Shown: one piece after another, positions 21,233 through 33,085 of the stretch
How positions within the stretch are numbered: the first letter of the stretch is position 1
How the letters are laid out: the number at the start of each line of letters is the position of its first letter
Origin: Alloascoidea hylecoeti
Lineage: Eukaryota
NCBI GenBank assembly: GCA_001600815.1
Contig: BCKZ01000003.1
Location: 310,001 to 374,000, forward strand
Direction of reading: 5' to 3'
Length of the DNA: 64,000 bases
The notes under the pieces: generated by a model
Told to the model about the DNA's origin: nothing
Databases searched by the model: none
The model's input: only the letters and a program-made list of their open reading frames with translations
Translations under genes and position numbers: made by a program

Positions 21233-22560
21233 ATGGCTGAATTCAAAGTTATTAAGTTTGGAGCTAATAAAAGAAAATCAACAATATTTTATTCAATGGC
21301 TAATAAACATCCTCCTTTAAAATCACCTTTAAAACATTTTGAAAAAATATTAGAGGATGGATTCTATCATCTAGGTATTTCGATTCTAAGCGCGATCTGT
21401 TTATCAAAGATGTTAAAAAATCAAATAGAACATTTATTAGAGATTTATCATTAAGTGAAAGAGTTATGGCAATTAATTACCATGCCCATTTCTGGCCACT
21501 AAAGAATTCAGAAATACAGGACATTCAAAACGAAATTAAAAAAAGAATTCTTAATACTAAACTCTCAATAAGCACAGAAATATTAGAAACTCCACAATCA
21601 CTAGGAGGCTTTGGTCTTTTAAATATAAAATAACACTTCGAAGGGGTGTATGCATCTTGGATCATTAATTTATTAATTGAAGAAAATACAATTGCAATGA
21701 TTCACCATAGAGCGACTTTACAAGGCTTATGTAAAAATGAAGTTGATAACCATAAACATTTTGAAAAAAGACAATTTCTTCAATACCATTGGTATCATCC
21801 AGTCTGTAAATGTAAAACAGACAATTATCAGACAATTATCAAATTACCAATGTATCCTAGAAGATCACAAGCTAAGTCAAAACAATAAAAGATGGAACGT
21901 ATACTTGAAAGCCTTCAATGACTCAACCATTTATGAAAATGACGGTATATGGGGAAAATGGGTCAACTACCAGATCTTGATAAGATTATAGAATTACCAG
22001 TTCCAGAAGAAATATTAACTCATATAAAAACAAAAAAGAATGGAAAGATAGAAGAAAGATGCCTTCAAAGGGCATCAAAAAAAATACTACTCAAATAACA
22101 ATAAACCAATTATCCCAAAAATGGTCTGATAACATTATTAAACATAGAACTGAATTCGAATGGAAAAACTGGTGGGGAATCCTTCCAAAAATCAACAATA
22201 AAAATCGATTTCCAACATAAACTAAGTTTAAGAAATTATACCCATCACTGGACTCAAGTATTCACTATTGAAGATGAAAATAATCCAAGTTTCAAGGAAA
22301 ATAGAAGAATAAACCAATGCTTATTATGTTGGAAATCAAGTGTAATAATATTTGAACATTTTATGGGAAAAGATTATCAACTAATTGAAATGGTTTGTGA
22401 TTCCACAAGAAACACAAATGAATTAATTCAAATCAACAATATAGGAGAAGCAATTAGAAACTTGAGAAACAGAAGAAGATTCAGAACAACAATCAACAGA
22501 CAAAGAACTTTTAACTGCGGTGAAAGCTGACATTAGAAGAATCAATATTCAGTACTTGTG
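21233..22560 (+). mobile_element. Degenerate non-LTR retrotransposon (L1/Zorro-like) ORF2 3' fragment; boundaries approximate
   Basis: Broken frames give, in the expected order, NKRKS, FYHLGIS (RT end YLG motif), ISTEILETPQSLGGFGLLNIK*HFEGVYASWII (PxxxGGxG) and NQCLLC..EHF (Zn knuckle, ~22318). Confidence 0.72.
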
Positions 22561-22779
22561 ATCATACAAATTTATGACATATTCTTAAATAGTTATTTCA
22601 ATCAACAAAATTAACTTGAAGAGGCGCGTTTCGGAGCACAAAATACACACATATAAAGTTCTTCCAGGAAACATAAGAATTTGTTCGTTATCAGATATGA
22701 AACAAATATAAATTTAAATAAAGAAACTAATCTCAATTACAATATATAATTATATATTTAAATAGTTTATAATAAAATA

Positions 22780-23649
22780 TTTCTTGATCCACTATTATAT
22801 AACAACCAGTATATTGTTTATCATATTTTAATTTTCCGATTAATTAATAAATGAAATTGAGATAATGGGAAGTTATACATATACCACTTGGAGAATTATC
22901 AATTATAACAGATTCATCAGTTAAACTTCGACTCTTTGTTGTAGTAGAAGTAGGTCTCTTATATTTCACTTCAAATTGTAATGGACCATTTCCACTGATC
23001 ACGCCTAGAATTGTTGTTGATTTTTCTGGAGATATATTACCTGTTTTAGCCCATCAGATCTCATTAAGCTAACATATAAGTAGCTTCACCAACAAGGATA
23101 CAATTGGTTGATGGGTCTAATACACCACCCTATTATTTAATCCGTTCAGTTATTTCCTTGGAGATCTGAGGAATAGATATATTTAATTCGCTAGAAGAAT
23201 GTTTAGTTAATTCCAATGCCAAACAACAATATTCCTCAACAAGTTTTTTAATACCTCATTTTGAAACTTTTAAATCATTATATAAATGATTTAATTTTAT
23301 TAGATAATTCATTAATTAAAATTTTGTTTTTGATTATTATTTAATTTTGGTATATCACCACCATTTTATCTTTCTTTTGTAAATGCAAAATCAGTCTGAT
23401 TTTTGTCTTCTTTTAACCATATTCTAACTGTTGACAATGGACTTCCAATTTTTAAAGCAGCATTTCTGGGTGTCATTGCTCTATTATTTTATCTGTTGCT
23501 TCTTTAGATGATGGGCTTAAGCTTGTTTTTGATTCATTATTAACTTCATCAACAGATTCTGTGCCTACTACCACTAGTTTGTTTCCTTCATTGAGTAATG
23601 CATTATCAATTGGAGGTTCTTCTGTGATTAATATAGAGCTTTTGGCCAT
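22780..23649 (-). pseudogene. Pseudogene copy 2 of the transposase-derived family, 3'-truncated and frameshifted
   Basis: Nucleotide similarity to copy 1 (e.g. ttcttgatcc..attatataacaaccagtatattgtttatca, ttatatttcacttcaaattgtaatggaccatt, gtagcttcaccaacaa). ATG GCC AAA start at 23649 with the shared upstream leader. Confidence 0.88.
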
Positions 23650-24263
23650 TATTTACTCTAAAAATTGAATTTTTTTAAAATAGAATATATCTATATATCC
23701 GTGTTTTATAAATATGATTAAATGAGCACCAAAACAAAACTAAATATTTAAAATTTGGTAGGTTTTAAAATATTGATGAAATAGATACCCACAAGTGACG
23801 TTATCATAAGCTAGCCAAAAGATAAGTTGTAAATAGTTAACAATATTAATACTTCATGGACTAAAATTGAAATGACTGACTGAGGTATAATTGACATAAT
23901 GCTTGCGATTAGTTATTTTTAGGTAAACCAAAAAGTACACAATTGTCAAGTATGAGGTTGTAATTAATTGGTGCGTTTTCATCGATAATATTCACCGATT
24001 TGATATATGTCAGTTTCGGTAACCAACTTTATAATTATTCAAAATATTAATTAATAATATATAATATGTGTATTAGTATTTTTTATTAGCGTATTGGGAG
24101 TTTAAAAAGAACCATGAATTTGGCATACTGGGATGTTAAACATTGGCATAAAAGAAAACTAATCTGCAAATTAAAAGCCGTGACAGCACGCAAACCTACC
24201 GCCCCATAATTACCATATTTTCTTTGTGTCTTCTTTCTTTTCTTCTTCAAATTTGGATCATTA

Positions 24264-25746
24264 ATGACGGAAAACACGGTTGTTCCTATTTCTGAGGCCT
24301 CAAGGACCTCAGGAATCATCAATCTTTCTAAAACTATTATTGGTAAGCATAAACAATGAAGATCTTTTTCAAACGTCGATAATCAAGTGGGGTATACTAA
24401 TAATATCTTTAAAAATTTAATATTTTAAAGGTGCTGGTATGCTTGCTATGCCATTTGCAATCAGAGCTGATGGTATTTTCTTTGGAACAATTATAATTAC
24501 ATTTGCAGGATTAACAGCATTTTATGGATTATATCTTCAATCAAGGGTAATTAAATTTATACCATTAGGTGAAGCAAGTTTTTTTTCAATTTGTCAAATT
24601 ACTTATCCATCATTATCTGTTATATTTGATATATCAATTGCAATTAAATGTTTTGGAGTTGGAGTTAGTTATTTAATAATTATTGGTGATTTAATGCCAC
24701 AAATTATAAATTCTTTACCATTTAAACAATTAATTGAAATTGATTTTTTACAAAATAGAATATTTTGGATTAGTTTTTCATTAATTTTTATTTTATCACC
24801 ATTATGTTATTTAAGAAATTTAGATTCTTTAAGATATACAAGTTTTGTTGCATTAATTGCAATTGGTTATCTTGTTATTATGATTATATCACATTTTTTA
24901 ATTAATGATACTGTTCCATTAAGAGGAAATATTAATTATTTTAAAATTTATAATTTATCACAATTATTAACTACATTTCCAATTATTGTTTTTGCTTATA
25001 CTGGTCATCAAAATATGTTTTCAATTATAAATGAATTAAAAGATAAATCATCATCAAATATTGAAAAAATTATAAAAACATCAATGAGTATATCTGGATT
25101 TTTATATTTATTAGTTGGTATATTAGGTTATTTATCATTTGGTGATAATGTTGGAGAAAATGTAATTGCAATGTATGAAAAATCAATTTCTTCAACAATT
25201 GGTAGATGTTCATTTATTTTATTGGTTTTATTATCTTATCCATTAATGTGTCATCCATGTCGATTATCAGTTAATAATATTATTTATTGGATTCAAATTA
25301 AAATTGAATCAAAATTAGAAAAGAAAAAAATTCCAAATGGTTCTATTAATCATCATGATAATGAAAATGTAACAGAAATAACACAATTATTACCATTACA
25401 ATCAACACCAATAACAACAATTAAACCACCATTAGATAAAATTAGATTTATAACATTAACAACATTATTATTATTATCATCATATTTAACAGCAATCTCA
25501 GTAACTTCTTTAAAATTAGTATTATCATTAATTGGTGCAACAGGATCAACAGCAATTTCATTTATATTACCAGGATTATTTGGATATAAATTAATTGGTA
25601 GTAAAGAAGATTTAAGAATTGATGGAATTAATTATAATGGTAAAATTCCAATTAGAAAATTAATTATTAAATATACATCATTAGGTTTAACAATTTGGGG
25701 ATGTCTTGTTAGTATTATTTGTTTAGTTGCAACTATTATTGGATAA
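24264..25746 (+). CDS. Vacuolar amino-acid transporter, Avt5/6/7 (AAAP family), 2 exons
   Basis: join(24264..24342,24431..25746); the GTAAGC..TACTAAT..AAG intron restores INLSKTIIG-AGMLAMP. Also AIKCFGVGVSYL, FAYTGHQN and GATGSTAISFILPG. Confidence 0.92.
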
Positions 25747-25999
25747 GTTTTAGATTTTATAAGATAGTAATAATTGATGATGATCGAAATGAAATGAAAT
25801 AAAATAAACAAATATAAATTAAAAAAATTAAAAAAAAATTTTGATATATAATTAGCTACTATAATATTAGCAAATAATGTAAGATTTTAATAAAAGATAT
25901 GAATAACTCTAAATCTATATCTCTTTTTCAAATTTATATAAACCATAATATAAAATATATTAGCATAATAGAAGAGAATATAATCAATTAATTGATTAA

Positions 26000-27348
26000 T
26001 TAATTATTTGTAGAAAGATCAGAATTTGATAATTCATCTTCATTATCATTATCAGTACTTGAGCTTAATAATGATTCTTTTTCTTCTTTTTCTTTTTCTT
26101 CTTCTTCTTCTTCTTCTTCTTCATCATCACTTCTAACATCATCAGCATTAACACCTCTAACAACTTTTATGAAAACTTTGGCAATCATAAACATCCAAAC
26201 CAGCATAATAACTTGTAACCCGGATAATAAAGCAACAAAAGAATTCATAATTGTATCAGTTGAACATCTTATTTCCCAAGTATCTTTTAAAATATTTGAA
26301 CAATCAGCATTCATTATATTTGAAGCATGTTTATAAATAAACCAAACTAAATAATTATAAACTCCATGTCTTAATATAACCCAAGATATTAAAAACCAAA
26401 TAAAAGTTAAATTACAAATAATTTCCGAACCAATATATTTTAAACATTTTGCAAATGATAACCAAATATCAACAAAATCCATTATAATCAATATAACATG
26501 ACCAATTTTAATAAAATAATAATAATAGGATAAAGAAACCAATAAAATTGTAATAAAATGATGTAATAACATTTGAAGATGATCTTTTCTTTTTTGTTCA
26601 ATATTTAATGTATAAACTTGTTGAACCCATGAAGATAATTGAATTAAATAATAGGATTTTAGAGATGGATTAATTTTATAAAATGGCCAATCATTAAAAA
26701 TATTGTTTAAATTAAAGAAATAATTTGATTTATAATAAATTGAAAAACCAATAGAAAACATTATAAAATAATATATTGTACTCCAACCTTGTTCAGCGAA
26801 TCTTTCAACAGGTACCTGTATAATATTATGATGTTGTTTATAAATATGGCGTGTTTCAGAAAAAATTTGAGAATCAGTATTTCTCTTGTTTATGGATGTA
26901 GCAGTTGGTTTTAAAATGTTTTGCATAACAAAAGCCCTTATGAAAGTAAGAACCCACATCCAAGTGAACACAAAATAGACATCGTTCAGCCCAATTGCGT
27001 ACAAGTTTTCGATTTCATTTGGGAGTTTATACTGAAGATGCAAAAAAAGGGTTGTATAAGGCTTTAGGGGTGATATTTGGTGGCATGTGAACAACAGGAG
27101 TAATACCGATAGGGAGACCTCTGGCAAGACGGAGGTTAGCAAAGAAGAGGGTGATGGGGCAAACAAATAAACATACCGATTTGCCTCAGCTCCAGGAACT
27201 CCAGCCAGGCTTTCCAGGGAGTGGTGGAGGTGACTGGGTGCAGGCTTAGAGGGTGCAGCGAAGGGTGCAGCTTCTCCTCGTCGTTCCCAAGACGCTGCCT
27301 TCTGTGGGGCGCTGAGGGGACGTTCCGTTGTCGTAGCACGCTTCCCAT
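26000..27348 (-). CDS. LAG1: Ceramide synthase (Lag1/Lac1, TLC domain), 2 exons
   Basis: complement(join(26000..27120,27177..27348)), intron GTATGT..GCTAAC..CAG. RFAEQGW, Lag1 motif RKDHLQMLLHH and acidic tail DVRSDDEEE. Confidence 0.9.
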
Positions 27349-27493
27349 TTTTTTGGCAGAAGATGGAAGGAACAAAGGAATAATCGGGGTCGAAAGAGTA
27401 AATATAAATGCAGCACTAAAACATAAATAAATATTATGGCTTGATCCTGTCACGTTGCACATCGGTCTCACCCAAAACAGTCCGTAGCCGCAC

Positions 27494-27570
27494 GCACGGG
27501 GCCACCCTCGCACGGGGCCACCCTCGCACGGGGCCACCCTCGCCCTCGCACGGGGCCACCCTCGCCACCC
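27494..27570. repeat. GC-rich 16-bp tandem repeat GCACGGGGCCACCCTC x4
   Basis: Units at 27494, 27510, 27526 and 27548, with a 6-bp partial unit between the third and fourth. Confidence 0.95.
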
Positions 27571-27575
27571 ATCGA

Positions 27576-28526
27576 TCACCTCTGGAACGACTTCGCCAGC
27601 AACTTCTTGCACCGCACTTCGTCGTAGCTATCCCAAACCTCATATATCGATATCATCTCCTGTATCGTATCGATCATCAACTCCAAATCAACATTGCTCG
27701 TTGCTAAAAACTTCATGAACCTGCTGGACCTATCTTCGTACGGTGTTCCACCGACCACGGACGATCTTCTTCCGCCCACCGCTCCGGTTCCCCCGGTTCC
27801 TCCGGCTCCTGGTGGGGGTCCGAGTTTCCCTGTCTGGCCATTGGCTCCTGACGACCCTGGACCTGTACTGTTCGCGCCGCCTACGCCCGTTATGGCCGAC
27901 GAGCCCCCCGAAGGTGACGACAAAACCAACGTAATGTAAACCGCTGAAAATGCAATTATATGAGGTGGTACTATTAATGGTAGGTCAGAAACGTATGAAT
28001 CGTTAATTATAGACCAACAACTTTGCATTTCTTCCTCATCCTTTAAAAATCCCCCTCCCTCCATTTCTTTTAATTGTATTAATGTTTTGTATGGATGATG
28101 AACAATTAAATAACAATCCATTTCTTCAATAAGATAAAATTCACATTCTGCTATTTTTGTTGCATCATAACTAATTTGCTCAGGCCATAATGATTTAGCT
28201 TCTGATACCAATGTTCTAACATGTAATGGTGATTCTTCAACTTTACATGCAATATATAGTGCTGATGTAACCAATAAATAAACATTTATTTCGTTTATTG
28301 ATACTGATATATAAAATCTTAAACAATATGTTTCTGCTGTTGCTATAATTTTTTGTCTTAATGATAATCTTCTACCTAATTGTGATATTAATGAATGTAA
28401 AAAAATTCGAAAATGCGGTAATTCAAGTCCTGGTATGGTAACAAGTTGACTTCTTTTATTTGCTAATTCATCTTTTGAAAATTGCCATATTCTTCGTTGT
28501 GATGATGTCCAATAATCAGCACTCAT
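27576..28526 (-). CDS. SSN8: Mediator kinase-module cyclin C
   Basis: MSADYWTSSQR, YIACKVEESP, IAECEFYLIEEMDCYLIVHHPY, WSIINDSY and PPHIIA; Gly-rich insert near the C-terminus. Confidence 0.95.
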   Translation of the reverse strand: MSADYWTSSQRRIWQFSKDELANKRSQLVTIPGLELPHFRIFLHSLISQLGRRLSLRQKIIATAETYCLRFYISVSINEINVYLLVTSALYIACKVEESPLHVRTLVSEAKSLWPEQISYDATKIAECEFYLIEEMDCYLIVHHPYKTLIQLKEMEGGGFLKDEEEMQSCWSIINDSYVSDLPLIVPPHIIAFSAVYITLVLSSPSGGSSAITGVGGANSTGPGSSGANGQTGKLGPPPGAGGTGGTGAVGGRRSSVVGGTPYEDRSSRFMKFLATSNVDLELMIDTIQEMISIYEVWDSYDEVRCKKLLAKSFQR

Positions 28527-28724
28527 ATTTCATATTTTTATTTTCTTATCTTTGGTTGACGTTGTTGGTTTTGTGTATTATGACGTGTGTACGGATGTAT
28601 CAGTCCGTCTTTAAAAATTAAGATTTTATCAAGACTATATAAAGACATGATTCTCTAATCTTTTTTTTTTCCCTTTTCTTTTCTCTACAAAACACTTCCA
28701 AATAATTCTTCTTTATCATACATA

Positions 28725-28913
28725 ATGGCCAATACTATCGTTTCAAACAGAAATACTCTTTTATTCTTATTTGTTGTCCTTGTTACACAATTAACAGCCG
28801 TTTCTGCTGCAAACTCAACTTCTTCAAAAAGTTCTGGTGAATCTGTCTCATTATCTTTTTCAAGTGGTTTAATTGGTGCCTTCTTAGCTTCAGTTGTTGC
28901 TCTATTGGTATAA
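28725..28913 (+). CDS. 62-aa secreted/GPI-like stress peptide (Ddr2/Hor7-like architecture)
   Basis: Signal peptide, short NST/Ser-rich core and hydrophobic C-terminus GLIGAFLASVVALLV. TATATAAA ~90 bp upstream and A-rich start context. Confidence 0.7.
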   Translation: MANTIVSNRNTLLFLFVVLVTQLTAVSAANSTSSKSSGESVSLSFSSGLIGAFLASVVALLV

Positions 28914-30796
28914 TTTTACTCAATTTCAATTACAATTGATCCATAAATCAAATGTATAAATTAAACTGTTGTTTTTTCTGTACTGAAGTATTAATATTTC
29001 ATGCTTTTGTATTTCTATATATTTTCTTATAGATTAATTATTAACTAATAAACTTGCTTTTCATAAATAAATAATATCGTGTTTACTTATTTTTTTTTTT
29101 TTTTTTTTTTAAGAATATAAAAGGATTTGAGTTAGTAAATCAGATAGCAATTATAAAATAGAAAGATTATGTTATATTTATGCATAGTTCCATTATTCTA
29201 CATGATTTAATAATTATGCATATGTTTGCAGTATATTTAATCATCTGATCTGTTATAAACTTTCTTAAACTAGTAAAATATTTTGAGTAATTTTCTTTTG
29301 TAGATGATTTGAAAAAAAGTTTCATAAAATCTAAAGTATGTTTATCAACATCAACCAGAGTACGGAGTACATATATATTTATATTGTCTTACAAATCTTG
29401 ATGCCATCATTGTTAAATATTTTCTATATCGAACTATTATACCCCAAGTTTCCAATGGATCTAATAAATGTTATAGCAATTCTTGCCTCAGTTTCATCAA
29501 GATTTTTAATTTTCGTAAGATAATTTTCACCCAAAATTGTCAATTGTAATTAATAGGATATTGGCTATTACATTGACTTTAATTAATTCACTGATTTTAA
29601 ACTTTTAGGTTTTTAATTTTATATTATAGAAAAAAATGGATAAACCAAAGCTCTATCTCTTTAAAAAGAGGAATTGCATGCTGGACAAACTTAAGAAGAT
29701 TATCCGCGCTACAGCATCAAAAGATGTCCAAATATTTACCTTCATTATGGCCGAACTTAAATGGAAATGCTGTATATTTTGAAATTTCTTACGTCCTAGC
29801 TTGGTGAGCAAATATCTAGATACCTTATAACTAACGTATTTATATATCGCATACTGATAACAGATACTTTCTATATAATATTAATGGTAGTATTTATTTT
29901 GAAGATTAGAAAAGATAGAGCTGATGAATTGAGGCTTCAAGTAAACATAAAGTTTGAACAATAAACAATTATACTTTTTTTATGATGCCTCCATTTAAGG
30001 AGTAATTTCAAGTCCTCCACTAACTATATAAATAACAATAACAATTGAAAGATTTAAGTTCCTCGAAGCTCTTGATTGCAATTGATTAACTTAAATTTAC
30101 ATGGTCATCTTTAGCTATAAACATATCAAGTTTAAGAAGCGTGTCATGTTTCTAGCTACTCCCTCCAGATCCTCATTTATATTGATATTAATCTTGAATG
30201 AAATGACGTTATCATATATCAGGCAATGCCACCATGAAATTGATTCTGTACCGGTAGCTATTTTGGTTGATTGTTTAATAATCTGATAGTGAGCTATAAG
30301 TACAAATAAAGTTCAGAAATAATAAATAAAATGAAAACTTTAGTAGATTTTAGATATCGTTAATATATTTCGTATATCTTCTAAGGTAGATCTAGATCCC
30401 TAAAAGAAACTATTGTTTATAACCCATTAGATTTTTATAATAATAAACCAATAAACTGGTGATAAATAATATTTTTAAAATTACTTTACAAATAATCTAT
30501 AATTAAATTTCCCCATAAATGTACATATTTCGTCAAAAGAAATCTGTCAATCTCCAAAAATAGAGATTTCAAAACATCTTATAAATTAAAAAGAAAAAAA
30601 AAATCAAAATACTCTTAATTATAATTAAAACTTGGTTTATGTTGTATTTCAAATATTTCTTCACACATGTTTGAGCATTTAAATTTTCAGGATGATTTTT
30701 TCATTAAATTTTGTTAACTTACGGATTTTCACAGTACTACAAATTTCCTCAGTATGCTTCTGATATACGTATGTTTACGTAACTAGGAATAATTAC

Positions 30797-30981
30797 GAAC
30801 CAAATTACCAGCTGATTTAACTTACAAAGCTCCTAAAATTTATATTTTTTATTTTGTTTGTTTCCACTAGATCAAAGTTAATCATCTTGTGGCCATGAAC
30901 CAAATTACCAGTAGAATAAACCTACATATTTCCTAAGATTCTGTTCACTTGTTTTGATGCCCCAATCAGATCAAAGTTAAG
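30797..30981. repeat. Imperfect 100-bp tandem duplication
   Basis: GAACCAAATTACCAG at 30797 and 30897, each followed ~70 bp later by AGATCAAAGTTAA. Confidence 0.8.
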
Positions 30982-31259
30982 AAAAAGTTATCAATACTGT
31001 ACTAAATTATGATTGTCGACGAACCTCGATTGTCAAATACAGCCAATTTTTTTTTTTTTTTGTTGTTGTTTGTATTTATGCTCGAAATCACTAGCGAAGT
31101 TTAATTCCCACCTATATGATATGGCGGCACACATTTAATTCTCAGTATATAAAAACAAAGTGTATGATGATGATGAATCGTCAGTCTTCCAATAAATGGA
31201 GAATGTAATTACCGTATATGGTACAGCACATATACATAATTACTGTATATGGGTCTCCA

Positions 31260-31720
31260 AGGATGAGGATTTACCATATATGGAATGGATATATCACATT
31301 GCATATACACAAAAACTGGGAATAACTTCCTCTAAGATCTTATTTTCAAAAATTAACTATTAATGATTACCTTCATCATCTGAATATAAATCAATATTAT
31401 TATTAATGATCCGATGCTTTGTAAACTTCAATGTTGTAAAATCTAAAACCTCACGCTCTACTTGTTTTATTCTTTTCTGTTTGACATCTGCTAGCATTTG
31501 TGTTATCTAAATAACTGATATACCATGCTTCGAAAACACAGCTGCAGCATGTTTCATTAATTGGCGGTCGCTTTGCACCCGACTCGCCTGTTGATTTAAC
31601 TTGCTACAAATCCACCATCTGGTATAAGTTTTCGTATAACTATAACATTGCGGCTCGAAATAACCAATCACCGAACGTAAACTTAGGTCTCATTTCCATA
31701 CAAACACGATTTTCACATAC
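31260..31720. repeat. Dispersed degenerate repeat, copy A (homologous to ~48610-48985)
   Basis: Colinear shared blocks: TTACCATAT, CATCATCTGAAT(A/G)TAAAT, GTAAA(C/T)TTCA..GTTG..AAA.CTAAAAC.TCAC and TTCCATA..AACACGATTTTCA. Confidence 0.8.
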
Positions 31721-32457
31721 TTAAAATGTTAAAGGCTAAATGTCTAAACAGGGAGTTAGGGTTGATCTTTTGAAAATTTAGCTTTAGTTTAGCTGAATTC
31801 AGGGCAAGTCTTTCTTGATTACACAACTAATTATAAACACCTTTTTTTTTTCGCTCTCCTTAAATTATTTAGTTTTTAAGTTTACAATTATTTGCTATCC
31901 TTGAGATCGCTTTAGGATAGCCAATCGGCCCCTATTGTTAAATAATACAATCTTAAATTAACACAGTATTACCAATCGGTATACTTGATATCTTCTAACA
32001 CATGTAATATAACTTTTACTTTGCTCTTACTTTTACATTTAAAATATTACAATTACTAGACGTCAAAGCTTCATGAGTACGGTGTGTCGTATCTCCTAAT
32101 TAGGTATTTATGCATCGAATACGTGCATAAATACAGGATATTACAGCATATATGTGGTGTGAATTAATGAAGGTTCCATATTTGTATAGAGTACCCAGCT
32201 AATATAATCAAGAACGATAAAAATTCTATTTTCCATATAATTATTCATATGCATTGGCGTCTTTAAAAAGTCATTTGTTGGAGATTAGTGCCCCGGATTT
32301 CAAAATGTCGAGGAAACAAAGTCCATCTGAACTGACAATTTGGATGTCCGCTACCATAGGAACAATGCGTTATCCATTTATTTTTGGTATTTCGTTACGA
32401 ATTGATCTGGATGACCTTATAAAAACCTTAATTATATATATAATTAGTATTTAATTA

Positions 32458-32680
32458 TACAGCCGTTCCACTAAATTGCGTCCATTCGATGTAATAAAAC
32501 TTTGGCTATGATGATTACAAATCCCCATAACTAATTTTCGCCCGCATTTTTACCGGTTATGAGCCGTTAATATGCAGGGATATGTCACAGTTTCGGGTGC
32601 TCAACCCGGCCGAAATTTTGTTTATGGAGATGGTGGACAATTAATAATTCGAATGGCCAAAATTAAGTGAAGTGACCGTA
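32458..32680. mobile_element. Tc1/mariner-type MITE, 223 bp including flanking TA dinucleotides
   Basis: Left end TACAGCCGTTCCACTAAATTGCGTCCAT and right end ATGGCCAAAATTAAGTGAAGTGACCGTA form an imperfect 28-bp inverted pair, both terminating in TA. Confidence 0.7.
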
Positions 32681-33085
32681 TTTCCTCCTATACAGGATGA
32701 TGGCATGCACATTGAATATTCAAATTAAAATTATCTTAATGAATCGAATTTTAATTTTGTAAACCACTTGAAAGTTGAAATTCTAATTGCATCGCACTAT
32801 TTCATATTCAATCAAATTTCCTAATGCAGCAGTCCGGTTAGACAGACCAATAACAAGTCAAATTATGATAATTATAATCAGAAGGCAATCGTTTCACCCA
32901 TGTTATATTAAATGAAATGGCGCTTACCACCCACTAATTGTAAGAGCGGCTACCAATGTGTTCATATATAAGGTCTATAGAAATAATATATCGTTTGCCT
33001 TTCATTCTATATTTGTTTTCCAACTTGAGGACAGCGATATTAATATATCATTTTTCAACGTCTTGAGTTTTTTTTTAATTTCAAA

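Noticed and set aside
27494..27570. CRISPR-like array
   Set aside because: Units are directly adjacent with no unique spacers, the context is eukaryotic and there are no cas genes. It is a minisatellite.
27136..27939. Overlapping short ORFs on both strands
   Set aside because: By-products of the GC-rich island and repeat. Only LAG1 exon 1 and SSN8 are supported.
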